From assembly GCA_964385285.1 (NCBI GenBank), contig CAYLOJ010000001.1:24537-88536 (forward strand): a DNA stretch of 64,000 nucleotides. The letters are read 5' to 3'. The translations under genes and the position numbers were made by a program. The notes below the pieces were generated by a model, which made no database searches, was not told the origin of the DNA, and saw only the letters and a list, made by a program, of their open reading frames with translations. Positions 49,995 to 59,911 of this stretch are shown in pieces (the first letter of the stretch is position 1; every line of letters begins with the position of its first letter). Source of the DNA: an uncultured Gammaproteobacteria bacterium. GTDB lineage: Bacteria > Patescibacteriota > Patescibacteriia > UBA9570.

Positions 49995-52028
49995 ATGGCT
50001 AAAAAAACTGGATCCGCATACGGCGCTCAACAAATTACAGTCTTAGAAGGTTTAGATCCTGTCCGTAAACGTCCTGGGATGTATATCGGCAACACGGCTC
50101 ATGCTGGGTTGCATCATTTGATCTGGGAAGTCGTTGATAACTCCATCGATGAAGCGATGGCTGGTTATTGCACCGAAATTACAATTACCTTATTGCCTGA
50201 TCATTTTGTTTCCGTAGAAGATAATGGTCGTGGTATCCCAGTCGAAAAACATCCCGTTACAAAAATTTCTAGTTTAGAAACTGTTTTAACCAAGCTGCAT
50301 GCTGGTGGAAAATTTGGCGGTGAAGGGTATAAGGTATCTGGTGGTTTGCATGGCGTGGGTGTTTCCGTCGTGAACGCATTGTCTTCTGAATTAATTGCCC
50401 AAGTGAAACGAGAAGGCAAGCTGTATGAGCAAAAGTTCAAAATTGGAAAACCACAAGGTAATGTTAAAATGATTGGCAAATCGGATCACGATGGTACCAT
50501 CATTACCTTTAAGGCTGATGATTCCATTTTCACAGTAAATGAATATGAATGGAAATATATTTTGGATCACTTGCGCCAGCAGGCCTACTTGACCAAGGGC
50601 TTGAAGATGAGTATTTGGGATAAACGTGACGAACGCAATGTCCAAAGTTATACCTACTACTTTGAAGGCGGGGTAGCATCCTATTGCCGTCACCTTAACC
50701 ATCTTAAAGATGTTAAGCAGGACAAAGTATTTTATATTGAAAAAGATGTTGATCAAGTTAAAGTTGAAGTCGCCGTACAATATAACGCCGATTACAATGA
50801 ATTAGTCTACGGATTCGCCAACAACATTCATACAATTGAAGGTGGCATGCACGTACAAGGTTTCCGTACAGCACTAACACGTACAATTAACAACTATGCG
50901 CGCAAACAAGGCTTTCTCAAGGAGAAAGATGGTAATTTGCAAGGTGAAGATGTCCGTGAAGGTTTAACCGCAGTCATTTCCGTCAAACTACCTGAGCCGC
51001 AATTTGAAGGTCAAACCAAAGCTAAATTAGGCAACGCTGAAATTAAGCCGATCGTTGAAAGTGTTTTTGGTGATTATTTTGCTGCCTTTCTTGAAGAAAA
51101 TCCACATGATGCGCGTGAAATCATTCATAAATGCTTGATTGCTCAGCAAGCCCGCGACGCCGCCCGTGCCGCGCGTGATACCGTCCTCCGTAAGGGTGCT
51201 CTTGAGGGAATGACCTTGCCAGGTAAGCTGGCAGATTGTTCATCACGCAAAGCTGAAGAATGTGAGCTGTATGTTGTAGAGGGTGATTCGGCCGGTGGCT
51301 CTGCCAAGCAAGGTCGTGAACGTCGCTTTCAAGCTATTCTGCCATTGCGTGGTAAAATTTTAAACGTCGAGAAATCGCGTTTAGACAAAATGCTAGCTAA
51401 CAACGAGATCAAAAATTTGATCATCGCCATGGGTACGAGTATTGGCGAGCAATTTGATCTTACTAAGCTCCGCTATAATCGTATTATCATCATGACCGAT
51501 GCTGACGTCGATGGAGCCCATATCCGCACTTTGCTACTCACGCTTTTTTTCCGTCACTTTCCTGATCTGATTAGCCAAGGGCACTTGTTCATCGCCCAAC
51601 CTCCGTTGTATCGCATTAGCAAAGGACGTGAAGTACATTATGCCTATGCAGATCCTGAAAAAGAAAAAATCGTTGCTGATTTTACAGCTAAAGCTAATGC
51701 AAAATCCGGAAAAAAAGGTAAATCGGAGCCGGCAGAAGAGGTAGTCATTGTAGAAACAGAAGCGGGGGAAGGTGAGGTTGATACTACAGGCGTAGGTCAA
51801 AATATCTCCGGTATTAATATCCAACGCTATAAAGGTTTGGGTGAAATGAATCCAGAGCAGCTTTGGGAAACCACCATGGATCCAGCTCGTCGCGTGATGC
51901 AAGTCGTTACTATGGATGATGCCGAAAAAGCTGATGAAATCTTCGATATCTTAATGGGAAGTGAAGTAGCACCACGCAAGCGCTTTATTCAAACCCACGC
52001 GAAGTCTGTTACAAATTTAGACATTTAA
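49995..52028 (+). CDS. gyrB: DNA gyrase subunit B (type IIA topoisomerase ATPase subunit)
   Basis: GHKL ATPase (GLHHLIWEVVDNSIDE), TOPRIM (EGDSAGGSAKQGR), and a C-terminal tail with a GyrB-typical insertion. ParE cannot be strictly excluded. Confidence 0.8.
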   Translation: MAKKTGSAYGAQQITVLEGLDPVRKRPGMYIGNTAHAGLHHLIWEVVDNSIDEAMAGYCTEITITLLPDHFVSVEDNGRGIPVEKHPVTKISSLETVLTKLHAGGKFGGEGYKVSGGLHGVGVSVVNALSSELIAQVKREGKLYEQKFKIGKPQGNVKMIGKSDHDGTIITFKADDSIFTVNEYEWKYILDHLRQQAYLTKGLKMSIWDKRDERNVQSYTYYFEGGVASYCRHLNHLKDVKQDKVFYIEKDVDQVKVEVAVQYNADYNELVYGFANNIHTIEGGMHVQGFRTALTRTINNYARKQGFLKEKDGNLQGEDVREGLTAVISVKLPEPQFEGQTKAKLGNAEIKPIVESVFGDYFAAFLEENPHDAREIIHKCLIAQQARDAARAARDTVLRKGALEGMTLPGKLADCSSRKAEECELYVVEGDSAGGSAKQGRERRFQAILPLRGKILNVEKSRLDKMLANNEIKNLIIAMGTSIGEQFDLTKLRYNRIIIMTDADVDGAHIRTLLLTLFFRHFPDLISQGHLFIAQPPLYRISKGREVHYAYADPEKEKIVADFTAKANAKSGKKGKSEPAEEVVIVETEAGEGEVDTTGVGQNISGINIQRYKGLGEMNPEQLWETTMDPARRVMQVVTMDDAEKADEIFDILMGSEVAPRKRFIQTHAKSVTNLDI

Positions 52029-52047
52029 ACACCGCCCCCTGGGGTTG

Positions 52048-52076
52048 TTGACGTATTTTTACAGTTATTGTATAGT
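52048..52076 (+). promoter_or_regulatory. Sigma70-like promoter TTGACG-17-TATAGT upstream of secE-nusG-rplK-rplA
   Basis: -35 52048-52053, -10 52071-52076. Confidence 0.4.
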
Positions 52077-52083
52077 ACGCAAC

Positions 52084-52102
52084 AGCCCACAGGGGCTTTT
52101 TA
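52084..52102 (+). terminator. Short hairpin plus U-tract (AGCCC-acag-GGGCT-TTTTT). Either the gyrB terminator or a 5'-proximal attenuator on the secE transcript.
   Basis: 5-bp GC-rich stem followed by five T. Lies 56 nt after the gyrB stop and about 7 nt after the -10 of the secE promoter. Confidence 0.35.
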
Positions 52103-52173
52103 AGTTCCATGGTAATCCTATCCACTGGAGCATAAAGTTATCTCATATTAGGAGTCCATATCTATTTCGCAAT

Positions 52174-52365
52174 ATGGCTTTCTCACTCACAGCCTATCTA
52201 AAAGAATCTGTCACAGAACTTCGAAAAGTGTCGTGGCCGACACGTCAAGAAGCGCTGCGCAGTACCGGCATCGTGATTGCATTCACAGCTGGTGTCTCCC
52301 TGTTTTTAGGGGTTGTCGATTACCTCTTCACACTCGGACTTAATTACGTCATTGCTATTTCCTAG
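52174..52365 (+). CDS. secE: Preprotein translocase subunit SecE
   Basis: 63 aa, single C-terminal TM, immediately upstream of nusG. Start set to ATG 52174 (MAFSLTAYLKESVTELRKV...). Confidence 0.8.
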   Translation: MAFSLTAYLKESVTELRKVSWPTRQEALRSTGIVIAFTAGVSLFLGVVDYLFTLGLNYVIAIS

Positions 52366-52368
52366 CTT

Positions 52369-52914
52369 ATGCCAAAACAAACTGGAGCACTGGGACGTCG
52401 CTGGTATGTGTTACACACCTACTCTGGCTACGAAGAAAACGTATCGGATAATCTCCGTCAACGTATCGAATCCATGGACATGCAAGATAAAATCTTCAAT
52501 GTCTTGGTCCCCACAGAAAAGAAGATCAAGATCAAGAATGGTAAGCGGAAGGTCATTACCGAAAAAATCTTTCCGGGCTACGTCTTGGTAGAAATGATCG
52601 TCACCGATGATTCTTGGTACGTCGTACGTAATACACCGAACGTCACTGGATTCGTTGGCTCTGGTACTACTCCAACGCCAATTTCTGAAGAAGAGATCAA
52701 GGAATTGCAACGCCGTATGGGTATCGAACAGCCCACAATGAAGCTAGACCTTTATACCTCTGACACCGTACGCATTACCGATGGACCATTCAAAGATATG
52801 GAAGGAAAAGTTTCTGAGGTCGATGAAGTTCGTGGCAAAGTAAAAGTACTAGTATCCATGTTCGGTCGTGAAACCCCAGTTGAATTAGACCCGTTACAAT
52901 TGAAAAAAATCTAA
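52369..52914 (+). CDS. nusG: Transcription termination/antitermination protein NusG
   Basis: RRWYVLHTYSGYEENV (NGN), C-terminal KOW (GPFKDMEGKVSEVDEVRGKVKVLVSMFGR). Confidence 0.95.
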   Translation: MPKQTGALGRRWYVLHTYSGYEENVSDNLRQRIESMDMQDKIFNVLVPTEKKIKIKNGKRKVITEKIFPGYVLVEMIVTDDSWYVVRNTPNVTGFVGSGTTPTPISEEEIKELQRRMGIEQPTMKLDLYTSDTVRITDGPFKDMEGKVSEVDEVRGKVKVLVSMFGRETPVELDPLQLKKI

Positions 52915-52923
52915 CATATACCT

Positions 52924-53349
52924 ATGGCTAAGAAAATTAAAACACAGATCAAGTTGCAAATTCCAGCCGGTGCGGCTAATCCAGCCCCTCCAGTCGGTCC
53001 TGCGCTTGGTCAACATGGTTTAAACATCCAAGATTTCTGCAAGCAGTTCAATGATCGCACGCAGGATCAACGTGGTAATATCTTACCAGTGGTGATCACT
53101 GTTTTCGAAGACCGTACTTTTTCTTTCATCTTAAAGACTCCTCCCGCTGCTGAATTCCTGAAAAAGGCTGCCGGTATCCAAAAAGGTTCTGGAAAACCAC
53201 TAACCGAAAAAATCGGCAAAGTGACTAAAGCTCAGCTGCGAGAAATTGCTGAAAAGAAGATGCCCGACTTAAATACCCAAGACATCGAAGCGGCTACCCG
53301 GATTATTGCAGGTACAGCTCGTCAGATGGGCCTAACTGTAGAGGAATAA
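52924..53349 (+). CDS. rplK: 50S ribosomal protein L11
   Basis: [35 protein letters not shown]... Confidence 0.97.
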   Translation: MAKKIKTQIKLQIPAGAANPAPPVGPALGQHGLNIQDFCKQFNDRTQDQRGNILPVVITVFEDRTFSFILKTPPAAEFLKKAAGIQKGSGKPLTEKIGKVTKAQLREIAEKKMPDLNTQDIEAATRIIAGTARQMGLTVEE

Positions 53350-53360
53350 TTGATATCTAT

Positions 53361-54047
53361 ATGAAGAAACCTTCCAAGCGCTATCGCGCAGCAGCCAGTG
53401 AAATTACAAAGGGCAAGACTTACCCAATCGCTGAGGCAGCCAAAGTCGTTAAAGCTGCTCCTACTAAGTTTGATGCCAGTATTGAAGTTCACGTCCGTTT
53501 AGGAATTGATCCAAAAAAATCTGACCAAACTGTGCGTGGTTCCGTTAATCTGCCACATGGTACCGGTAATGTAAAAAAAGTAATTGCATTTGTGGATCCG
53601 AATCATGAAGCCGATGCCAAAGAGGCCGGAGCAGATATTATTGGAACTGCCGAGGTAATTAATCAGATCAAGACTACAGGAAAAATCGAATTCGATGTCG
53701 CGGTGGCTACACCAGACATGATGAAGCAACTCGCTCCAATTGCTCGTATCTTGGGTCAAAAAGGTTTGATGCCAAATCCAAAAACTGAAACAGTTGGCAC
53801 TGATGTTAAAAAAATGGTGATGGCCTTAAAAAAAGGTAAGGTCAACTTCAAGAATGATGCGACCTCTAATGTGCATTTAGCCGTTGGAAAAGTGTCGTTC
53901 ACTCCTGAGCAGATTACTGAAAACGTTACTGCAACCTTAGACGCCATTCGCAAGGCTAAGCCAGCTTCATCCAAGGGAACGTTCATGCGTTCAGTCACCT
54001 TGACCACAACGATGGGCCCTGGGGTTCCATTGTCTGCGAACGCCTGA
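53361..54047 (+). CDS. rplA: 50S ribosomal protein L1
   Basis: [10 protein letters not shown]...[24 protein letters not shown]... Confidence 0.95.
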   Translation: MKKPSKRYRAAASEITKGKTYPIAEAAKVVKAAPTKFDASIEVHVRLGIDPKKSDQTVRGSVNLPHGTGNVKKVIAFVDPNHEADAKEAGADIIGTAEVINQIKTTGKIEFDVAVATPDMMKQLAPIARILGQKGLMPNPKTETVGTDVKKMVMALKKGKVNFKNDATSNVHLAVGKVSFTPEQITENVTATLDAIRKAKPASSKGTFMRSVTLTTTMGPGVPLSANA

Positions 54048-54059
54048 TATACTGCATAG

Positions 54060-54500
54060 ATGAACACAACGCGGCCCACGATTGATCAATATTTCATCAA
54101 TATCGCTAGCGTTGTTGCCACCCGCGCCACATGTGACCGTGCTCACATCGGCGCGGTTTTGGTTAAAGACAAATATATTATTTCCACAGGCTACAATGGC
54201 GCTCCCCACGGGTTAGCCCATTGCGATGAAGTAGGTCACGAGATGGACAATGGTCACTGCGTGCGCACAACCCATGCTGAGCAAAATGCTATTATCCAGG
54301 CGGCTGTGCATGGAAGCTCCACGGCGGGTGGGACATTGTATACTACACACTCTCCTTGCAAAATCTGCACCAAGATCATTTTGAACGCACGTATTCAAAA
54401 AGTTGTCTCAAAAGAAATTTACCGCGACCCTTCCATTAAAGAAATGTTTAAAGAAGCGGGCGTAGAATTTGTTGTGGTTGAACCCACTGTCCAGGTATAA
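54060..54500 (+). CDS. dCMP deaminase (ComEB-like cytidine/deoxycytidylate deaminase)
   Basis: Zinc motifs HAEQNAI ... SPCKICTKII. Confidence 0.85.
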   Translation: MNTTRPTIDQYFINIASVVATRATCDRAHIGAVLVKDKYIISTGYNGAPHGLAHCDEVGHEMDNGHCVRTTHAEQNAIIQAAVHGSSTAGGTLYTTHSPCKICTKIILNARIQKVVSKEIYRDPSIKEMFKEAGVEFVVVEPTVQV

Positions 54501-54509
54501 ATCAGTTAT

Positions 54510-55055
54510 ATGATTATAGGATTAACCGGAGAAAAGTTAGCAGGCAAGGGAACAATCGCAGAGTACCTAGAGAAATACCACAATGCTAAAGTATTACGCT
54601 TTTCACGACCCCTATCTGATATTTTGCTTCGAATTGGGCAGCCAAATACACGCAAAGAATTAGTTGCTCTTGGAACATATTTACGGGAACGCTTTGGAGA
54701 TGATGTACTTGCGCAAGTAGCCGCCCGTGATGCAGCCACCCTTACGGGGTTAGTCGTCATCGATGGCATGCGCTACAAAGCTGAATACAACATTTTTTCC
54801 AGGTTGCCCAACTTTTATTTGTTGAACGTTACGGCTCCGTTAGAAGTGCGCTATCAACGCACACAGCAGCGCAGTGAAAAAGTGGACGAACAAGCAATGA
54901 CGTTAGAGGAGTTCACACGCCGTGAGCAAGATGCTACTGAGCAGGAGATTGCAGCCGTGCAAGCAATGGCTCACGCCAAAATGAATAACATTGGTTCCTT
55001 TGAAGAGTTATATCAACAGGTCGATCAATGGCTCGCTACCTTGCCACAGTCCTAG
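54510..55055 (+). CDS. P-loop nucleotide kinase (dNMP-kinase / CoaE-like fold)
   Basis: MIIGLTGEKLAGKGT, a GxxxxGKGT adenylate-kinase-like Walker A. 181 aa. Confidence 0.45.
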   Translation: MIIGLTGEKLAGKGTIAEYLEKYHNAKVLRFSRPLSDILLRIGQPNTRKELVALGTYLRERFGDDVLAQVAARDAATLTGLVVIDGMRYKAEYNIFSRLPNFYLLNVTAPLEVRYQRTQQRSEKVDEQAMTLEEFTRREQDATEQEIAAVQAMAHAKMNNIGSFEELYQQVDQWLATLPQS

Positions 55056-56740
55056 TACTTCTAGCCGTTGCCTTACCGAGCTATGCAACGACTAATTTTA
55101 TTTATCCAACACCCGTTTGGAAGATTACAACGCATCAGGGCGATGAGGTAGGTGGCGGCCTCTATCACATGGGTGTGGACGTTGGATATAACCTACCAGC
55201 GGGCACGCCAATTTATGCCGTTGCCGACGGTATTGTGCGTGAAGCCCAGGAACGCACCCAGTTTGGGTTAGTTGTTCTGATCGAGCATTATCCTGATGAT
55301 AGTTCAGCAAACGTTTCACTCTATGGACACTTAGACCCTACTGAGATTCTAGTGACACCTGGACAGCAAGTTTCTGTAGGTGATCAAATTGGAGTATTGG
55401 GCACAGAGGAGAATAACGGGGGTTGGGCACCGCACCTGCACTTCGGTATTCATAAGCAACCCTACACCGGCGATTGGGTGTATTATGGTCACGTGCATGA
55501 CCCGGCAACAGCGGATGAATGGTACGATCCTGAAACTTACCTTCCAGAGCATCTCATCGCAGATGACTGGGATCCTAGCGTGACTTTGGATTTAGTGGAT
55601 GGAGTGACTATTGGAAATACGCTAGATCTTACGGGAACTGTTGGCGATATCGGAGGTGGTCTAAAAAAAATTCGCGTGAAGGCTAGCAGTGATGGAATCC
55701 ACTATGAAACATTGTCCGTTGACGAAGATTCGAACTATCTGCTGAGCCAATCTCTGAATATCTCAAATTATCCTGACGGTGATTTTTATCTCCGTGTAAT
55801 TGCGCGAGATCAGTTTAATCATAAAACTACCGTCAACCGCCTTGTCACCAAAGATCCTTATCGCAATACCACACCAGCATTCCTCACAATGAAAAGTGGC
55901 AACAGTAACGCACTGGTCGCTCAATGGGCATTCGGCGACTCAACCTTGAATACATTTTTCCCATTTAAAGAGAGTTGGAATAAGGGCGGGCTAGTGGCGG
56001 TTGGCCAAATCGGCGACAGTGATGAGACAGAAATTGTAGTAATCCGCAATAAAAAAAGGGGAACCACACCCTTGTTGAAGGTAATGTCGGCCACCGGAGA
56101 TCTACACTCTAGCTTTACTCTACGATCTATTACAGCCAGAGCGACTACTGTGGCTAATCACATTATTTATGTTGCCCAACCACTCACGGGTTACGATGAG
56201 CAGGGAGAGATGATTTGGAGTTCAAGTGCATTAAACCCAAACCGCACAGTAACAGATATTGCCGCGGATGAGTCAACGCTCTATGTCTGCTGGCAAGCTA
56301 ATGGTAAAAGCCGTATCAGCTTGATCGATCTTGCTTCCGGTAAACTGACTAAAACCTTTCGGCCGCTTCCAACATCGGCAGCAACCGGCTGTCAAATCAC
56401 GCTTGCAGATTTTACTGGCGACGGAACCGAGGAATTAGCAGTTGGATCCAACGGAGGCGCTACTGGAACAGTCCGTTTGTTCACACTACGAGGTAGAGCG
56501 TTGAGCGATTCTTTTCAACCATTTGGCGATCAATTTAAAGGTGTAGTTGACCTCAGTTCAGTGCAATGGGATACCATTGAAGATGCATTATCTGAGTACG
56601 AACTCATCGTCAGTCAGGCCAGTAAGGGGCAGGCCTGGGTTAAGGTCTATCGATTATCCAATGGAACCGAAATTCTAAATAACACGCGAGTATATGAGGA
56701 AACCTTTGATGCAGGGACACAGATTGTCGGCTGGCCATGA
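55028..56740 (+). CDS. Secreted M23-family (LytM-type) metallopeptidase with a C-terminal FG-GAP/beta-propeller-like domain
   Basis: Signal peptide (LATVLVLLAVALPSYA). HMGVDVGYNLPAGTPIYAVADG...LYGHLD...GGWAPHLHFGIH M23 motifs. C-terminal TGDGTEELAVGSNGGATGTVRLF FG-GAP-like repeats. Confidence 0.8.
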   Translation: MARYLATVLVLLAVALPSYATTNFIYPTPVWKITTHQGDEVGGGLYHMGVDVGYNLPAGTPIYAVADGIVREAQERTQFGLVVLIEHYPDDSSANVSLYGHLDPTEILVTPGQQVSVGDQIGVLGTEENNGGWAPHLHFGIHKQPYTGDWVYYGHVHDPATADEWYDPETYLPEHLIADDWDPSVTLDLVDGVTIGNTLDLTGTVGDIGGGLKKIRVKASSDGIHYETLSVDEDSNYLLSQSLNISNYPDGDFYLRVIARDQFNHKTTVNRLVTKDPYRNTTPAFLTMKSGNSNALVAQWAFGDSTLNTFFPFKESWNKGGLVAVGQIGDSDETEIVVIRNKKRGTTPLLKVMSATGDLHSSFTLRSITARATTVANHIIYVAQPLTGYDEQGEMIWSSSALNPNRTVTDIAADESTLYVCWQANGKSRISLIDLASGKLTKTFRPLPTSAATGCQITLADFTGDGTEELAVGSNGGATGTVRLFTLRGRALSDSFQPFGDQFKGVVDLSSVQWDTIEDALSEYELIVSQASKGQAWVKVYRLSNGTEILNNTRVYEETFDAGTQIVGWP

Positions 56741-56758
56741 TCATGCTAATCTCATAGT

Positions 56759-57397
56759 ATGACTACTGTAAAAGCCGGAAAATTGATTGTATTTGAAGGC
56801 GGCGAGGGCAGTGGCAAATCTTCGCATGTGCGTCTAACTAAGGATTTTCTTGTGCAGCGACAGCAGGCTGTAATTGCAACCCATGAACCTGGTGACACTG
56901 CTATCGGTAAAGTGCTTAGACAATTAATTCTCAATGAACCCGTTGCTACCCGCGCAGAACTGCTGTTATTTTTAGCCGATCGCGCTCAGCATGTCGCTGA
57001 GTTGATTCAACCAGCCCTAGAACGTGGTACTTCAGTATTATGTGATCGCTTCACGGGTTCAACTTTGGCGTATCAAGTGGGAGCACGCCGTTTGCAACCA
57101 GAGCAATTGATTGTCGAAATGGAAGCATTTGCGCGTGGTGGTATTGAACCTGACTTAACCATCTATTTAAACATGGATCCTAAATTGGGGATCGAGCGGA
57201 AATTGAAACAGCCCAATCATGTGATGAATAGTTTTGATGATTTTGATCTGGAGTTCCATCAGGCCGTGCATGATTATTTTTTGCAGTATGCTCAGCAGAG
57301 ATCAAAATGGGCGATTGTCGATGCCAGCCGTTCGCTCTCGACTGTACAATACGATATCAATCAATTGATCGATCAACTCTATGAATTTGGCAATTAA
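56759..57397 (+). CDS. tmk: Thymidylate kinase
   Basis: KLIVFEGGEGSGKSS P-loop, DRFTGSTLAYQ. Confidence 0.92.
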   Translation: MTTVKAGKLIVFEGGEGSGKSSHVRLTKDFLVQRQQAVIATHEPGDTAIGKVLRQLILNEPVATRAELLLFLADRAQHVAELIQPALERGTSVLCDRFTGSTLAYQVGARRLQPEQLIVEMEAFARGGIEPDLTIYLNMDPKLGIERKLKQPNHVMNSFDDFDLEFHQAVHDYFLQYAQQRSKWAIVDASRSLSTVQYDINQLIDQLYEFGN

Positions 57398-57803
57398 AAA
57401 ATTACTTCCCGAGGCAACTCTGCCGCAGTATGCACACGATACCGATGCTGGCATGGACCTCTGCTCAGTCGAACAGTTAACTGTCCACCCGCAGGAGCGC
57501 GTATTAGTGAGTACTGGAATCGCATTGGCAATACCCACTGGTTACGTTGGACTAGTGTGGGATAAATCTGGAATTGCCACAAAAACAGGGTTAACCACAT
57601 TGGCAGGGGTAATTGATTCTGGCTACCGCGGTGAACTTAAAATTGCCTTGCTCAACACTAGTACTGAGAATTACACAATCGTGCCAGGTCAAAAAATCGC
57701 ACAGCTGCTCATTCAACCCATTATGCATCCTGTTTTGCGGGAAGTAGATAGCCTACCGGCGACAGAACGGGGTGATGGTGGTTTTGGCAGTACGGGTCTA
57801 TGA
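57381..57803 (+). CDS. dut: dUTP diphosphatase
   Basis: AGMDLCS...GVIDSGYRGELKIALLNTS...GQKIAQLLIQP. 17-nt overlap with tmk. Confidence 0.92.
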   Translation: MNLAIKKLLPEATLPQYAHDTDAGMDLCSVEQLTVHPQERVLVSTGIALAIPTGYVGLVWDKSGIATKTGLTTLAGVIDSGYRGELKIALLNTSTENYTIVPGQKIAQLLIQPIMHPVLREVDSLPATERGDGGFGSTGL

Positions 57804-58507
57804 TGGATGAAATAATTGATTTTTTACGTAGTTACCTAGTCGACAAACCAGCGGTCATTGGATTATCCGGTGGAGTGGATTCTGCTGTGGTAGCCACGCT
57901 GTTAGCACGCGCCATTTCACCTGATCGGATTTATAGTTACCATTTGCCATCTAGTACCAATGCCTTTGAGGATTTGATCGATGCCAAGCACCTGGCCGAA
58001 AATTTGGGTATACATTTTGAAACAGTGCCGCTGGAAGGAATACTGTCCGCCTATTTGACACTCGGACCCACCTTAACTCCATTGGCGCTTGGAAACCTAA
58101 AGGCTCGTGTTCGCATGTCCATTCTTTATACCCGGGCAAATCTATTGGGCGGCTTAGTGATAGGTACCGGAAACAAAACTGAGTTGCAACTGGGTTATTT
58201 TACAAAATACGGTGATGGCGGTGTTGACCTTTTACCCATTGCACACCTCTACAAAACTCAAGTGTGGCAGCTGGCCAAGGAGCTAGCATTACCAGCGCAG
58301 TTTGTTACCAAGGCACCGAGCGCAGGCCTTTGGGCTGGTCAGACAGATGAAGCAGAATTAGGAGTTACCTATGCCCTGGCAGACCAAATTCTGCAGGCGC
58401 AAGAAAACCAGCAATCTCTGAGCAACTTTGAGCAATCGACTGTGCAGCGTATCCAACAATTGCAGCAAGCAGGAGCGCACAAACTAGCCTTACCTCCACA
58501 TCTCTAG
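57800..58507 (+). CDS. nadE: NH3-dependent NAD+ synthetase
   Basis: VIGLSGGVDSAVVATL PP-loop (SGGxDS), about 235 aa, single-domain type. Confidence 0.9.
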   Translation: MMDEIIDFLRSYLVDKPAVIGLSGGVDSAVVATLLARAISPDRIYSYHLPSSTNAFEDLIDAKHLAENLGIHFETVPLEGILSAYLTLGPTLTPLALGNLKARVRMSILYTRANLLGGLVIGTGNKTELQLGYFTKYGDGGVDLLPIAHLYKTQVWQLAKELALPAQFVTKAPSAGLWAGQTDEAELGVTYALADQILQAQENQQSLSNFEQSTVQRIQQLQQAGAHKLALPPHL

Positions 58508-58509
58508 CC

Positions 58510-59013
58510 ATGGCTGTTTTGTTTGTTGGGCGGTTTCAACCCTTGCATCTTGGACACCTTTCAGTCATTGAGTGGCTGCGCGCTGAAGGTTATGACCAGA
58601 TCATCATTGGGATAGGTAGCAGTCAATATTCCGGAACCGATGAGAATCCACTGTCCTTTGCGCAGCGATCGCAGTGCTGGCAACAGCTCTACCCAGAGCT
58701 ACCGGTAGTAGCCATTCCTGATATTCACGATGATGCACACTGGGTTGAACATGTCCGTAAAGTAGTCTATACTGTGTACCCATCAGGTTTTGATCAGTTT
58801 GTAAGCGGAAATCCCTGGGTGGAACGCCTGGCAACAGAGGCAGGACTCTCCACTTTAATTCCACCGCAAACGTTAAGGATCGACGCCACTACTATTCGGC
58901 AGTTAATCCGTAATCATGATGATGCCTGGAAACATTATGTCCCAGCCACTCTCCACAACTTCATCCAACCTAGCATTGCAGGAAGCGGTGCAAAAACTGA
59001 AGCGCGAGCGTAA
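58510..59013 (+). CDS. nadM: Nicotinamide-nucleotide adenylyltransferase, archaeal NadM-like (cytidylyltransferase fold)
   Basis: MAVLFVGRFQPLHLGHLSVIEWL (HxGH), 167 aa. Confidence 0.8.
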   Translation: MAVLFVGRFQPLHLGHLSVIEWLRAEGYDQIIIGIGSSQYSGTDENPLSFAQRSQCWQQLYPELPVVAIPDIHDDAHWVEHVRKVVYTVYPSGFDQFVSGNPWVERLATEAGLSTLIPPQTLRIDATTIRQLIRNHDDAWKHYVPATLHNFIQPSIAGSGAKTEARA

Positions 59014-59902
59014 CGCCATCATTTTGGCACACAATTATCAGCTGCCCGAAATTTATGATGTTGCTGATTTTATCGGTGACTCATTGGAATTATCACGTCA
59101 GGCGGCAACAACACAGGCAGATACCATTGTCTTTTGTGGTGTACATTTCATGGCGGAAACCGCAAAAATTCTATCCCCAAACAAAACAGTTTTATTGCCA
59201 GATCTGGCTGCTGGGTGCTCCTTAGCAGATTCGATTAACGCCGAGCAACTACGGGCTTGGAAGGATGAGCATCCGCAGGCCGTAGTGGTAATGTATGTGA
59301 ATACAACGGCAGAGGTAAAGGCACTATCGGACTATTGCTGCACCTCATCAAATGCTGTGAAAGTAGTCAATAGTATTCCGGCTGATCAAGAAATTTTATT
59401 TGGACCAGATATGTTTTTGGGTGCCTATGTACAGCGCCTAACCAAGCGTACGAATATGCATATCTGGCCGGGTGAGTGTCATGTGCATGCCGGTTTTCGG
59501 GCTGAGCACTTGGCTAAGCTGCAAGCTAAACATCCCAACGCCGAATTCATTCTTCATCCCGAATGCGGCTGCGTCAGTCAGTGCTTGTATATGATGGATC
59601 AAAAACAATTGGCACACGCCAAAGTTCTTTCTACCAGCGGAATGTTGAAAGAGGTCAGAGAATCTACGGCTCAGGAATTTATTATTGGTACAGAGGTTGG
59701 CATTATCGAGCGCATGAAACGCGAAGTGCCAAACAAACGTTACATCCCACTAAAAGAAACTGCGGTTTGTGAATACATGAAGAAAATCACACTTCCCAAA
59801 GTGTATGATGCCCTCCGTCTAAACCAGTTTGCAATAGATGTTCCACAGGATATTCAGGTCAAAGCCAAACAAGCGATTGAGCGAATGATTGCAATCGGCT
59901 AG
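58937..59902 (+). CDS. nadA: Quinolinate synthase
   Basis: NAIILAHNYQLPEI...VFCGVHFMAETAKIL...PECGC. Start is uncertain: ATG 58937, TTG 58976 or GTG 58988. All candidates overlap the end of nadM (stop 59011-59013). Confidence 0.85.
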   Translation: MSQPLSTTSSNLALQEAVQKLKRERNAIILAHNYQLPEIYDVADFIGDSLELSRQAATTQADTIVFCGVHFMAETAKILSPNKTVLLPDLAAGCSLADSINAEQLRAWKDEHPQAVVVMYVNTTAEVKALSDYCCTSSNAVKVVNSIPADQEILFGPDMFLGAYVQRLTKRTNMHIWPGECHVHAGFRAEHLAKLQAKHPNAEFILHPECGCVSQCLYMMDQKQLAHAKVLSTSGMLKEVRESTAQEFIIGTEVGIIERMKREVPNKRYIPLKETAVCEYMKKITLPKVYDALRLNQFAIDVPQDIQVKAKQAIERMIAIG

Positions 59903-59911
59903 ACTGACCTC

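Noticed and set aside
52029-52173. Possible tRNA or small RNA in the 145-nt gyrB-secE spacer (tRNA-Trp often precedes secE)
   Set aside because: No cloverleaf can be drawn: no GTTC-type T-arm or 7-bp acceptor pairing. The region is better explained by a promoter plus a short hairpin/U-tract.
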